Shown piece by piece: positions 12,680 to 26,549 of a DNA stretch of 64,000 bases. The number at the start of each line of letters is the position of its first letter. The first letter of the stretch is position 1. The notes under the pieces were generated by a model. The model had not been told where the DNA came from. It did no database searches and was given only the letters and a program-made list of their open reading frames with translations. Position numbers and translations under genes: made by a program. This DNA is from Octopus sinensis (Eukaryota). The DNA lies in NCBI RefSeq assembly GCF_006345805.1, contig NC_043009.1, forward strand, positions 39,308,001-39,372,000, written 5' to 3'.

Positions 12680-13800
12680 AATGCAGACGCAATCGTCAAT
12701 GATGTAAAACGTAAACGTCAGTTAATATTGCATCACGTTCTTTGTGAAAGCTACGTGAAGTTTCAGCTTTTGATAAATTAGCTGTTCATGATGTAAAGAA
12801 GCGAAATGAAAAATGAACACTATTAGTAATTTGAAGAAGCAAGCGAACATTAGAAAAAAGTATGAAACATTATCTAGTGATGATGGAATGATTTCCACAG
12901 CGCCTACTTGATGATGAACACTTGTCATATATCCTGCTAATGCAACAATATGTTTTTTCCTAAATCACTTGATGAATATTTATATCTGTGTGATTATGCA
13001 GGATGCCTTGTGAGGTCTAGTCTTCCTACACACACGAGAATTCCATGACATTTGAAGCGTTATGTAATTCCCATGTATGAAGTAGGTGGCAGGTAATTTA
13101 GGTGTATTTGATGGGTTTATCTTTGATTAAAACATGACTTTTGAACAGGTGTATAATGCAAATGAAACTAACTGTATTGTATTGGCGACGCATGTCCAAA
13201 AGTATATTGAATGGAGAAAACGAAAAGGACCTACATAATTAGAAATACCTAAGAATAGGGTTAGCTCTCTGGGGTTTTCAAATGCTGTATGTACACACAG
13301 ATGTATATCACTGGTGGTAGGAAACAGTTAATAACCCATTGTCTTGAAAGCTTTGAAACTGTCCGATTAATAAACTCTACAAATAAGAATAGCTGGATTA
13401 TTGAGATTATTATACGATTGCTTGTAAATTATTTTGTACCAGAAACCAGAATTCACTGCACATTTGTAGGTCTTCAGAAAAATCGGAGATTTCTTCTTAT
13501 TCTGAACAAATATTTAACTCACGACATAGCGGAAATCCAGTCTAAGAACAATATTTTTACTACATTCTTAAAACCAAATTATACATCACTTATTCAAATG
13601 CAAGACTGCGGATTATTGTATTCTATGAATACTAAGTACCACACACAGTTAAGAAAACGTATTACATATGGTCAATGCCAGTAAGTTTATGTAGACATTC
13701 AATAAAGAAAAAAAATTAAAGATTTGTTCTGGTATGTTACCAGAGCTTGGGGTAATGTGAAACCGTCAATAACAAACGAATCGCTAGCAAAGTTACATCT
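12680..13800 (+). pseudogene. Decayed Tigger/pogo (DDE_1, CENP-B-like) transposase
   Basis: Motifs KRKR (N-terminus), NMTFEQVYNANET (13131-13169; cf. EQVYNADET), LGFSNAVCTH, NKNSWI, FLLILNKYLTH (cf. LLLLDNCSAH), FLKPNYTSLIQMQDCG (cf. LPPNTTSLIQPxDQG) and AWGNV. Two catalytic Asp read as Asn; frameshifts present. Confidence 0.8.
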
Positions 13801-14843
13801 GGCTCAATATTTGAAAATTCAGCGATTTTACAAAATATATATAAAAAAAAAATGGGGGTTGTTTCAACATGTCTAATGTCTTACGGGAATCTGGAGCCAA
13901 GAATAGAGCAAATACATTCAGAAAAGAAAATCTGAATTAATGGATAAATTTCACCGAAGAGACACCTGCTCTGTGTCACTTTATTAAATCTCAAATTATA
14001 GACATGATTATGAATTTTATTAAGAACAATGAAAATCATGAGAAACACAGCAACAAAAGGGAAGCGTATTGGCTCAGTATTGTTAAGCTACGAGTATTTC
14101 AGAGAATGCATGAAATAATGAAACAGGTTGAGCGTACGCTCCTAAATAACGGAGCGAGAGATAAGGAATTTTTATTACAGGCATGAAAAATTACGCGAGG
14201 AAAGATATAAAACTATGAAGGAATTTCACTGGGATGAAATGCTTAAAAATATCATCTGAGAGAATGCGATCCAAAATACTATGCCTACATCTGAAAACCA
14301 TTTAACTTTAAATACATGTATCCAGAGTAATTCTTTTGCACTTTCGCAGGAGGGAATAGCACCCAGCGACTCACAAATCCATTAACAGGCGGCGATTTAT
14401 AATCACAGTAATTCTTAGAACTCGTAGTTCTCACACTTTTATGACTAGCTCTGCAGTAGACATTTTATTTCATTAAATTCTTTAATTCACATTTAATTTG
14501 TATTTGATCAATTTATTAGGTTAATTATAATCCTGCTTCGTTATTACACGCGGTATTGACAAACTATTATGTAACAGACATATGTATGTATTTCTCCTTT
14601 AAATATTTAATAGTTAGAACTGACTATTAAATATTCCTTAGTGCTGTACTTTACAGACGTGTATAGAGCCGTCTACTTTATAATACAGACGTGTGAGAAA
14701 TATTTACTTAGTTACGCAGGAATGAATTGTGGAATTATTATATGACCTCATTTCCTCATTTGGTCCGAATAAATCTAATAATCTGGAAAGATTTTGGTGT
14801 CAGAAGTTCCTAAAAATTAGTTGTGTATCTGTATAAGGGTCCA

Positions 14844-14883
<40 letters not shown>

Positions 14884-14898
14884 GTATCTGTCCGTCTG

Positions 14899-14982
<84 letters not shown>

Positions 14983-14985
14983 GTG

Positions 14986-15016
<31 letters not shown>

Positions 15017-15177
15017 ACTCACACACACACAGACACACCACACACAAGTGTGTGGGTTAAAATTTGACAGTTTGCATAAAAAGAGAAGGAAACAATATCT
15101 CTCCAAAAATAAAATTATTCTAAAAATAAAAGAATATCAACTCTAGATTATGACTGGGAGATAACAGTTTACGCAAA

Positions 15178-15545
15178 TTAGCAGGCTACAGCTTCAACAA
15201 TAGCCTCAAGACGGTATCGGAACCTGGCACATGCTTTCCTTACTCTGTCCCTGGGAGGATCTTCGAACACTTTGATCTCGGCCAGTAGATCAAATTTTTC
15301 CATGATGTTGCAGGCAGAGCGGTTGATATCTTTCTCAGCCATGCCCCACGCATTATTATTACATGGCATTACAATCGAGGGAATTAGGAGGCCAGAAATT
15401 GAGCTTACTGGAGTCGTAGACATTCTCTGACAGCCAGTTCTGATTCTTTCGGAGGTATCGCAAGGAGATGAATCCGGTGGCCTCACATATGGCCTTCAAG
15501 CAGTTTTTAAAAGTGTTCATAAACAAGACGATATTCTCCATTGAG
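15178..15545 (-). pseudogene. Tc1/mariner (maT/DD37D-like) transposase C-terminal relic
   Basis: WLSENVYD...FWPPNSLDCNAM (cf. WPPNSPDxNPxD), followed by a frameshifted VFEDPPRDRVRKACARFRYRLEAIVEA. Confidence 0.75.
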
Positions 15546-16148
15546 ATCGACCATCCATCAAGCTATCCAAAATATAGCTGCTTATGATGATTATGTAATA
15601 TCCAATTGAAACTTAAATAAATAAATACTATTCTTACCAGTATATACTTTGCTCACGTTTCCATCCGAAAATACTATCTGAATCTTTTAATTATATACGT
15701 ATAAAGTGTAATGGAATGCAAAGATATTGGTAAAACATATAAGGACTTTTCACAAGTATCCTCAACTACGAAAAATACCATACAGCAGCAACAAATCTTC
15801 AAAACAGATAATAAATTTGTGGAATCCAAAATTATATTCCTCTGAACAAATTTCTGAATATGATTCTATAATAATTATTTGAAACTGATTATGAAATATT
15901 TGTTACTATTTCTTCAAACCATTTCATCTAATCATAGTGCCAGATGATACATTAAAACCCTGCGGGTCTTCAGATATTGCAACTACTCTTGTAATGCTTT
16001 CAGGCGGTTTGAGTGTTTCCAGTGTTGTCGTTCTGCGACTGCTGATGCCAGTTTCCGTACCACAAGATTGCTACTTATTTCTCTATTTCTATAATTTCAT
16101 ATCTCACAGTTGTCTGAATTATATCATTAGGAAGTAATTATATATCAC

Positions 16149-16422
16149 CTGACTCAACGAAATAACAGGACCATAATTGCTGCTTGGTGATGAAACCATG
16201 CAGCCGTTCAATTTCCAAACATTCCTGTCTAGTGGGGTTACAACGCATGTAGAACGGATCTGTCTGTAAATCGGGTAAACGGCAGACAATTTTCATTTTG
16301 TCCTGCCTTGAGCCCTTAAATATTCCATTGGGTTGAAAGCGAACCATTCTAACTGATGGTGTGTCATGGGAAAATTTATCTTGTCGGTGACCATCTGCCT
16401 TTGATTTGACTACTTCCAAATT
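16149..16422 (-). CDS. Candidate first coding exon (274 nt; frame A ATG at 16347, frame B ATG at 16199)
   Basis: Acceptor after a long (CT)n tract (CTCTTGAAG|) and donor CAG|GTGATA. Non-repetitive and open across the whole exon in frame A. Confidence 0.35.
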
Positions 16423-16739
16423 CTTCAAGAGAAAGAGAGAGAGAGAGAGAAAGAAAGGAAGAGAGAAAGAGAAACGGAGTGAGGTAAAAAAAAAACGTTT
16501 TTCAACCAGTACAGGATTGGTACTTTATATCAACCCATAATGAATGAAAAATAAACATGATTTCGGCGGAATTTGAACTCAGTGTGCATACATCGGGAAG
16601 GTTAGGAACGCTCTAACGACTCCACCGATTGAGCGCCTAGTCTTCATGTGTCTGTTGTGTATTATGAAAGGGGTAGTATGGTAGATCTGAGATATAGCTT
16701 TTCCGCTTCGTTCAAACTCTCTGTAACTTTTTCCTTTAC

Positions 16740-17100
16740 CTTTCAAAAACGATGAATGAAAAGTGAAGTGTTTCTTTCTGGTAAATTTGTTTCACGGTCG
16801 CTGCTTCTAAGCAAATCCAAATCAGTTTTTATTGAGCAATACTACGTTGCAAACAAAGCCAGAACAAACGATCCGGTGCCACTCATAAGTCACCTGATCT
16901 ATATTTAACACGCATCCACCACAGAATCATGCATCATACTTTGAGATTCCGTGGTGACTAGTGCAAAAATGAGCTGTGGACAGTGTGGATATATTCTACA
17001 CTCACTCAACTGTCTAGCATATAAATGCACCTCAGTAGACTCTAGTGCTGAGTATAGTAGAGCTGGGTTGAGTTATAGCAGTTGAATGTCTGTGTGTCTC
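16740..17100 (-). other. Candidate 5' UTR exon; start undefined
   Basis: Donor GAAAG|GTAAAG at 16740/16739. An in-frame TGA lies just upstream of the junction. Unique sequence with a GA/CT tract further upstream. Confidence 0.25.
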
Positions 17101-17724
17101 TATTCAATAACAGATGATACAGCAAACGGTTGGTTAGTTTTCTTGGTTGATTCGCGGCCTCTGTCACATCGTAATTTCTTCGCTTAGGCTTTACATCGAG
17201 AGAGAGAGAGAGAGAGAGAGGGGGAGAGAGGTGGGGAGAGCGAGGAGAAGTAAAGAGAGTTAATAACAGAGTATTTATGGAAAAAGTCCAAGTTTTTCAG
17301 AGATTGCTCTTCGATGGAGCAGATTGTAATTATGACGATAAAATTTAGAACAATAATAACATATTTATTGCAACTATACAAATGAGAAATTTGTTTTATT
17401 TAATTTTATGTCAAAGCAATAAATAACTTTCTTTAAAAAATTATATTCATTTTCCCATTTTGTATAAGCACCAAGAAATTTGATAAAAGTTAAATTATCA
17501 TGATTGTATGTAAACCATATTTCCTGACTTTACCTATTCTGGCAAAAGCACAATTTCAATGTTACTCACCGTTTTACGTGTGACAATATGGTCAAAATTA
17601 TGCTGCTCGATGGGCATTCAACCAGCGAAGCCATGGCCTATTAAATACTAGCTGAAAATCAGTTAAATTTAATAGACCATGTGTACCAAATTAAGCCAAA
17701 CATTTCAAGAGCACTTCCTCTTAG

Positions 17725-18038
17725 ATATTGTTGTTTGTTCCTTCTCGAGTCACGCCTGGCTCATTCGGGCCGGTTTCTCGGTTTCCTTGGCGTATAGGTT
17801 TCCCACCTGGACGGGACGCCGGTCCGTCGCAGGTGAGTTGCAAGATGCAGGAGAAAAGAGTGAGAGAAAGTTGTGGCGAAAGAGTCAGCAGAAGTTCGCC
17901 ATTACCTTCCTTCTGCTGGAGTCGCGTGGAGCTTAGGTGTTTCGCTCATAAACACACACATCGCCCGGTCTCAGATTCGAACCCGCGATCCCTCGACCGC
18001 GAGTTCGTTACTCTAACCACTTGGCCATGTGCCTCCAC
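17725..18038 (-). mobile_element. tRNA-derived SINE: body X + tail 2
   Basis: Head GTGGAGGCACATGGCCAAGTGGTTAGAG with A/B-box-like motifs. Possible 7-bp TSD CTCTTAG (17718-24, 18039-45). Confidence 0.85.
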
Positions 18039-19189
18039 CTCTTAGTTCTTAGGGCAATCAGAACATAGTGTGTCTGTGTAACTTACTCTAAGTGGTTGTT
18101 TCACCTCTTTTACCATTTTCAATCATTGAATTTCACAGATACGCACTACGAACTACATTCCTTTCTAAGACTGCAGTGTGTTATTTGAGGGTGCTTTGGG
18201 TGTTATTTCGAGCTTGTCGGGCAACCATGTAAAAGCTTCCTTGTTTGTAACTTTGATGAAAATTGTCTGAAAGGGTTGAGTATGCCCTAGTTGAAAGGAC
18301 TAAACTCCGTTTGAGGAAAGGAAAAGAGAGAGAGAGAGCAAGGTAGAGAAGGAAAGAGAGTGGGAGAGAGGACCAGTGGGAGGGAGAGGGGAACACAGAG
18401 TGGAAGGGAGGAAGAGATAAATAGACAGATAGATAGAAAGAGAGAGAGAGGGGCATGGGGGAGAGGGAGAGAGAAAAGCCCTTCGTCTCAGCAGTAATCT
18501 GGGATCTGTGTGGTTTCTTAATTCACAAGTGACTGTTTCTCTATTAGAACAGTTATATCTTCTTTTCAATGTAACCCCACCCAACAAATACAACAAAAGC
18601 AAAAAGGGGAAAGAAAACCAAAAACCTATTGCTGTAACTCGTCCTTGTTAATGTGTTCCACCACGTACACCATTTATCCACCTTTATGGCTATAAAGAAA
18701 TCATATATTTTTTTTGATAAATCTGTAATATTATTAGTGGACGTTTTACTGGCAATAAAAGAGTGAGTTGTTAAAATCTACTTGAATCTGTTCAGCTCTT
18801 CAATTTCATCAAGTTTAAACAATGTATTTTTTTAAATTATTATTCTTTTGAATCATCGTCGCAAGCTATAGACGATTTGTTTCATACTTATCAAAAATTC
18901 AATTTATGACACACGCATGTAAAGAGATAAACAGACAGAGATACAGACACGTTTAGGGATTGACACACACTTATAAGCACGCATACACACACACATACAC
19001 AGAGTGTTTTCTGCTTTTTTTCTTAATCCACTCCCTTTCTTTTTCACCACACATAGAGATAAAGCAAATGCCTATACTGGTAAAACATTTAGAAAGAGAC
19101 AGCGATAAATAGAGAGCGGGGAGAGGAGGAGAGACAATGTGAGTGTGTTTGTGTATATCAGAGAACAGAAAAGAGCCGGAGAGAGACAG

Positions 19190-19228
<39 letters not shown>

Positions 19229-19269
19229 ATATGAGTGAGTTTGTGTATCAGAGAGGGAAAAAGAATTAT

Positions 19270-19291
19270 TAAATGTCAGATAGACAGACAC

Positions 19292-19356
<65 letters not shown>

Positions 19357-19508
19357 GAGATAGATAGATAGATAAATAGATACATAGATACACAAACAGG
19401 CAGACAGATAGATTGATAGATAAATAGGTAGATAGATTGATAGAAGATATATAGATAGGTTGATAGGTTAGAGAGATAGATACACAAACATGATACCTAC
19501 ATACAGAC

Positions 19509-19601
<93 letters not shown>

Positions 19602-19717
19602 CAGAAAGACAGACTGATAGATACATACATACGTGAAAAACAAAAAACGACAAACAGACATGTAGATAGGTAGATAGATAAATAGATAGATATACAGACA
19701 TACAGACATACTGTTAA

Positions 19718-19802
<85 letters not shown>

Positions 19803-19860
19803 CAGAAAGACCTATAGTTAGATAGATAGATGGATAGATAGATTGATAGACAGAAACTCA
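19270..19860. repeat. Long interrupted (GATA)n/(GACA)n tetranucleotide array
   Basis: Directly visible. Confidence 0.95.
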
Positions 19861-20146
19861 GAAAGTGTTAGACAAAGAGACAAACAGAAAGAGATTTCTG
19901 TTCATACATAATTCTGTCTCGATGACTGCCTCCATAGACAATTGCATTATATTTTCCCACTACTTACATGAAATATAATCGTATTTATATATATTTTTTT
20001 CCTTTTTCACTTCATAGAAGGTTTTCTAACTCAATTCATTTATGTACTATTTTCTATATTTTTTTCCTCTGCTAACATTGTGTGTTTTTCCAACATTTTA
20101 TTCCGAGGAAGGACAGCAAAGATAAACCAGAGAAAGAGAGAGAGAC

Positions 20147-20199
<53 letters not shown>

Positions 20200-20429
20200 G
20201 GGAAGAAAGATAGCTTATTTGAAGCCCTTCACCATATGGGTCAGTGTCGCGTATTTCTAAGTTCTATTTTCCCCCCTGGAATTCAGTAGAATGACTAGAA
20301 AATATATAATATATAATATACATACACATACACAAACACACGTGCGCGTACAAACACACACACATACACACACTCATATATATATATATATATGTATATG
20401 CATATATATATACACTGACAGTAATCACC

Positions 20430-20516
20430 ACTTCAACCACCACCAACACTCCTCCTCCTCCTCCTACTACTACTACTACTACTATTACTGCTACTACTAC
20501 TACTACTACCACCACC

Positions 20517-20576
<60 letters not shown>

Positions 20577-20580
20577 ACTG
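20430..20580. repeat. Compound trinucleotide repeat (CCA/CCT/CTA/CTG)
   Basis: Directly visible. Confidence 0.95.
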
Positions 20581-21164
20581 CACATTACCACAGTTATAAT
20601 TACAAACGCTGCCAATCCTTTTTTTTTTATTTATTTATTTTAAATGTGACTCTCTAACAATGGTAGAGTAACAATGACATTTCTAACATCCACCTCTTGA
20701 GGAGTCGCGATGGGAAATGGCGGGGAATCTAAAGACGGGATTTGTAATTTTGTAAAAATCCGTTGTCATCTAACACGAACAAAGTTTCCTTTGTGAATGA
20801 GCTTGTAATATTGGTAGCTTTAGTTGCTATCGACAAATCAATACAGATTGCCTACATCTTGGAAAAATGTCATTCGTATCTATATATATAAATCTGGTGT
20901 TTCTTTTTTTTTTCTGATCTTCGTAAGATTAGACAACTGGGATTTTTGGTTCTGTTTCCAAAGATGTATCTTAATAATTTAGATGTACTTGCCTGGTAAG
21001 TAATTTGATCTGAGACTTATGCGTTGAAGCTTAGATATACTGACCAGTTGCTGTGGAATCGCGTCAGTGACCAGCTTGCAGTTGATACAACGAAAATTTT
21101 GACATCAATGCAAATAATATATGTTCAAGTGTAATCAATATTTTTTTCTGTGTTTAAATGGGTG

Positions 21165-21372
21165 GGCTGGCAGAATTGTTAGCACTCTGGGCAAAATGCT
21201 TAGCGACATTTCGTCCGTTTTTACGCTCTGAGTTCAAATTCTGTTTAGGTCAACTTTGCCTTTCATCCCTTTATGGGTCGATAAAATAAGTACAAGTTAA
21301 GCACTGGAGTCGATGCAATCGACTTAGCCCCTGCCCTGAACTTGCTGGCATTGTGCCAAAATTTGAAATCAG
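21165..21372 (+). mobile_element. SINE family B
   Basis: Colinear with the 48420-48651 head and body, with the alternative GCCAAAATTTGAAA tail. Confidence 0.8.
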
Positions 21373-21739
21373 TATTTTTGTATGCGTTTACAATTTTTCC
21401 ATGGCTAATACGTGTCTTCTACGCTGCAAGAGCCGATATAAATGCTGGTTTTTTGTTTGTTTGGTTGATTTCTCTAACCAAACTTTATTTAGGGTTAAAA
21501 GATAGAAATAGCAAGTAGAAGAGAGATATAGAGAAAAGTAACATTAGAGGTACAGGATTAGAGCACATACTAGGCACGGTGTCAGACAATGGGAAAAGAA
21601 ATGCTACACACCCTTGCACCTATACACAGAGAAAGAATCATAGAGGTAGTAGAAGAGGGGTAATTGAGAGAGTATTTATGGGATGAATTAAAAAAGAATT
21701 GAGAAATGTGTTTCATTTAACTTCAGTCATTTTTCTGCG

Positions 21740-21887
21740 GGCTTTAGTCGAACAAATCGACCCCAAGACACTATTTAAACCCTAGAACTAATTCCATTGA
21801 TCAGTTTTGGTGAACCACTACGTTACAGATCTTAAACATACCAACACTGGTTGTCAAGGTGGGAACAAATACAGATACAAAAGCACG

Positions 21888-21943
<56 letters not shown>

Positions 21944-22100
21944 CGACGGGCTTCTTTCAGTTTCCGTCTACCAAATCTACTCAGAAGACTTTGTCGGCCC
22001 GAGATTATGAGACACTTGCCCAAAGTGCCACACAGTGGGACTGAACCCGAAACCACTCGGATGTAAAGCGAGCTTCTTTACCACGATGCTATGCCTGCAC
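21740..22100 (-). mobile_element. SINE family A, diverged
   Basis: Reverse-complement similarity to 22543-23045. Confidence 0.75.
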
Positions 22101-22542
22101 CTATGTATACCGATATATATATATATATATTGACATTGTTGCGCCGTAGTGGTGCACGACACCGAAAAAAAATTTGCATCGTATGAGAGGACTTTTATAG
22201 ACATACATTTAATATTTCTCTGGTATATACAAATTTCATTTAGGACATGTCAAAGTTTAGCGAGTAGTACAGAATCGTAAAGCTGTGCTGATAACAGAAT
22301 GTTAATGCGATTGAAACTTTTAATATTGAATGACTGACTACCAATCTTTAACAAATTTACAGGTGAGCTAGAATGTAAAACCTGATGCCACCTTGACAAA
22401 TATGTTACAAATTTATGGAAATAGAATAAGATGTGTTTTATTATGTTGCAACTAGTAAAGGGGGTGAGCTGAGACAATTGATAGCACGTCGGAAAGAAGT
22501 GCGTAACGGTATTCATATTTCGGGGTCGATAAAGTGAGGGCT

Positions 22543-22718
22543 AGGCGCAGGAATGGCTGTATGATAAGTAGCTTGCGTGCCAACTACATGGTTCCAGGTT
22601 CAGTCCCATTGCATGGCCTTTTGGGCAAGTGTCTTCTACTATAGCCCCGGACCGACCAAAGCCTTGTGAGAGGATTTGGTAGACGGAAACTGAAGGAAGC
22701 TCGTCGTATATATATATG

Positions 22719-22803
<85 letters not shown>

Positions 22804-23045
22804 GTATGTATATGTGTGTATATGTTTCTGTGTCTGTGCTTGTCCCCCGCCCCAACATCGCTTGACAACCGATGATGGTGTGTTTACATCCACGTAACTA
22901 GCGGTTCGGCAAAAGAGACCGATAGAATAAGTACTAGGCATACAAAGAATAAGTCCTGGGGCAATTTGCTCGATTAAAGGCGGTGCTCCAGCATGGCCAC
23001 AGTCACATGACTGAAATAAGTAAAAGAGCAAAAGAGAAAAGAGAG
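22543..23045 (+). mobile_element. SINE family A, near full length
   Basis: AGGCGCAGGAATGGCTG head, GGTTCAGTCCC B-box-like motif, TTGGGCAAGTGTC CORE-like box, internal (TA)n and an AAAAGAG tail. Confidence 0.9.
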
Positions 23046-23519
23046 TAGTATAACAATTAAAAATAGTAATGAAATAGTAACCAAAACTGACCTAGTACTA
23101 AAAGCGATTATTAGTGGCCAAAGTATAAATGTTAGACAAAAGACACAAATAATAGAAATATAGAGGAAAGCCAGAGACGGTGGAAATTGAGCGCAGTACC
23201 TAAAGAGCCGTAGAAAACGCAGCTCAACACTTTGTCTGGCGCTTTAGCGATTCTCCCAACTTGCCGCCTTATATCCTATGTATAAATATATTAGGCACTT
23301 CAGCGATATCAACATTTACAAATATAAATACTTTATATACTTGAACGCTGATATAAATTATTCAAAATGAACATGTGTTATGAATATAGAACACTTGATA
23401 AGCATATGCAAGCGCCTATACAACTTGTATTTACGAAAAGAAAACCCGAGAAACGATGTGTCCTCGAGTCTTTGCAGTTATTATTGAGAACAGATATGAT
23501 GCATAGTATTCAAATTTAT

Positions 23520-24640
23520 AGAAAAATACGAAGACGGGCGTAGGACCAACAAGCAAGTGTGTAAGTTGGACGTTAGGGAAAGATTGAAAAGTCATTTACG
23601 TTTCGAACCTACGCTCTTCGACAGAAAGTAATAAGAGGAAATAAATACAGAGAGAAGAGAAAAAGAAGAACGTGTTCAGTTCAGTGGTCCAAAAATGGTG
23701 AATGATTGGAGAAAAAAGAGGTTGAATGAAAGAGAGATAGGGGAGGTTCGCAAGCGTCTGTGTGTGTATGTAAGAATGGTGTGTAAGAGTGTGTAAGTGT
23801 GTATGTTTCAATGGAAACGAGTGAGTTTGACGTGTGTGTGTTTGTGCGTGTGTGACGTGTGTGTGTAGTGCGTGTAGCAATTGATGTTTACTTTTTAACG
23901 TGGTGTGGACATGTGTTTTATGTGTGTGTGTGTGTCACAATGACCAAATAATGTGCATGTATATAGTACATGTATGTGGGTGACAGTTATATATGTGTGA
24001 TGCGTGTGTTTATGCGTGTTGCGTGCGTATGTGTTTATGTGTATATATTGTCTGTGCTCAGGTATTAGGTGCTTGCGTGGGTGTGGGAGTGTGCATGATG
24101 GTGTGTGTACTCAGTTAAGTAATGTGTGTGGATGCTCATGTAGTGGTATGTGTGGTGACTCTATTGAAGATTGTATGTGTGGATGATGATGTGTTGTGTA
24201 GATGCTGAGAAGTGTGTATATAGTGGGAAGGTGTTGTGGGTGTGTGTGTAATGGTATGTGAAGTGTATGGTGAGTTGAACAGTGTGTATTGATGTATATA
24301 TAGTGGTGCATGTAGGTAAGGGTACCGAGGTGGGCTGTATGCAGGTGTGTAGGTGGTGTATGTAGGAGGAGTGGTAATCCGTGTGGGATTGGTGTCAAAT
24401 GAAGAGAGAAGGTGAGTTGAGTCCATGTGACGCAAGGAACGAACAGAGAAGATTAATTCCTGTCCATGGCGAAGGCTGGAATCCGTGTGGCATCTGTGCA
24501 TAGACAGTCCGATCACAGACAGATGTTGTAGCAAATGATCAGTAAAGCAGAAGCGGTGCGAAACCGGGGTGTCATTGCCGAGTCTGATATCCCGGAGATG
24601 CTCCGCGATGGTCCAAGCGTGACTCGATAGAATGAACGTG
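23520..24640 (-). mobile_element. Penelope-like element 3' relic: GIY-YIG endonuclease C-terminus, low-complexity 3' region and pLTR-like end
   Basis: Minus strand reads IAEHLRDIRLGNDTPVSHRF...HLSVIGLSMH...RHGQELIFSVRSL (PLE GIY-YIG C-terminal pattern). The terminus motif TCGAAGAGCGTAGGTTCGAAACGT is also seen at 54667-54696. Confidence 0.8.
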
Positions 24641-26157
24641 GAGTTTCTATACCTTACCTTGAAGAGTTAGATAAGATGGATAAAATGTGATCGTAGGTCA
24701 CTTGCAAGGTACACAGACATATATAAAAGACATATTTGTATAGCTCTTAAAGGATCTTTCTAATTTCTTGAAGGACTTCATATGATAATATTAAGAAGAG
24801 AATTTACGTTTAAGAATGAACAGTAAATAGATACGAAGATGTTTAGGGTTAATTTTAAGAGTAAGGTATATGGAATAATAAACGCCTTTTGATAGCGAAA
24901 TATCTATAGAATTTGGAATATTTCCCAGTACACGTATACTAGTTGTCGAATATTTCACTCTGCACAGCATATATAAATTATGTATTTAACCGGCGGTCAT
25001 AGATGAGTAGCAAATGACAACGAACAAATACGCAGTAAATACAAAGAACAAAAAAACATCTCTAGAAGTATGGCTGAAGATATTGGATATAATCCGAAAT
25101 ACTGAAATGATTAGTTTGAATACACTAGCATGAAAAGAAACCATTTTGGCATGCCAACAGATGCTTGTTTGAGTAGGAACATTTATTCTGCTGGTACATA
25201 CTTATACTTCAGGAAAATAACCACTTTCGGTCTAGTGAAGACTACAACATGACATACTTCAAATAAATATAAGTTTGTATTTTAAGTAACTGAAATAGCA
25301 TTTATACATCACTACATGACAAAAGAAACAATATGAAGAAATACTAGCAACATCTTTTTTACGAACTAATGCAATGAATTGCTATGGAAATTACGTTTAC
25401 TTGTTATAACTTCATAGTATTATGATTTTGTTTTAATTTGAAAATAAAAAAAAGAAATGTCTCTTTTTATTATTTTTCTTTCATTTTTGTTCGTTATATT
25501 TTGTTTCTTCTGGTGTTCTATTTTGTTAATAAAGTCTGAATTTTGTAAAGATTTCCCTGAAAGCTTCTCTTTCATGGTGGCTTGTTATTTTATATTGCAT
25601 TTTTAACGTAATTACAGAGTGTAATGTCTCTATTTTGGGATTGATGGCTCCCACTAAAGGCAATAAACACTTGTCTTTCATCCAACAAAATTTGGATTCT
25701 TTCGCCTAACAATGAAAATCATAGCTTCAGGGCCGTCGAAGCAATCTAAATGAAACAAAATTAAACTACAGAACATACAATAGACCGATTAACAAATTAC
25801 TTGTACATTGGCAATGCTTTGTTTCAATTCTACATTGTACTAGAGAATAAATCTATAAATTTTAGCCAGCGTTGTATCACAGACAGATATCAACATCTCT
25901 ATATACTCCACCTTTGTAGACATAAATACGAGAATAAGCTGAACTAGTTTCAATTCTGTGTTAGAATTTCATCCGCGACCAGTTACCTCCATCCTCGTTT
26001 AATCATGGGTGCTTGGTTCCAAAAACGAACACCATGTCAAAAGAATCAGTGATAGACGAATAATAGAATATATGGAGAAAATCGGTTTAGTTCTGTAAAC
26101 TCAAGTATTCTTGAGCGTTGTGAGTGATCAGTGTGCAGCGTTTTTGCAGTCCAAGCA

Positions 26158-26370
26158 GTATCTTTGAGTGATAGCCGACCGTGTTCTTACAGATAAGTCC
26201 ACGACAAGTGTAACCAGGTTCCCGACTGAACCGCGTTACACATCAGTGATGAATGAATCAGTGTATCTTTGAGTGATGGCCGACCCGTGTTCTTACAGAT
26301 AAGTCCACGACAAGTGTAACCAGGTTCCCGACTGAACCGTGTTACACATCAGTGATGAATGAATCAGTGA
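26158..26370. repeat. Two-copy tandem repeat, unit about 105 bp, with an internal hairpin
   Basis: TCTTTGAGTGAT at 26161 and 26266. The copies differ by a few substitutions and one insertion. Confidence 0.95.
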
Positions 26371-26549
26371 TAAACGGGGATCGGTGTCACGGAGACATTG
26401 CAAAATACGATGTAAGCTGTATCAATAATGTGCTGTGGTTAACTTATGGCTTTGAATTTAGTAAAAGATGGTACGCGAGACTGGGTGGCAATGTTTTGTA
26501 TACCCCTATAACGAATTTCTGCGCGTTTTCTCTATGAATTACTTCTGTT

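Noticed and set aside
12722-12928. Minus-strand 68-aa ORF with a TM-like stretch and an upstream acceptor
   Set aside because: It is antisense to the decayed Tigger transposase.
25074-25100. CTGAAGA...GGAT-ATA-ATCC-GAAA
   Set aside because: Four unpaired nucleotides before stem II, and no stem III, NUH or stem I.
26158-26370. CRISPR-like repeat-spacer array
   Set aside because: Whole units are duplicated with no unique spacers; eukaryotic context with no cas genes.
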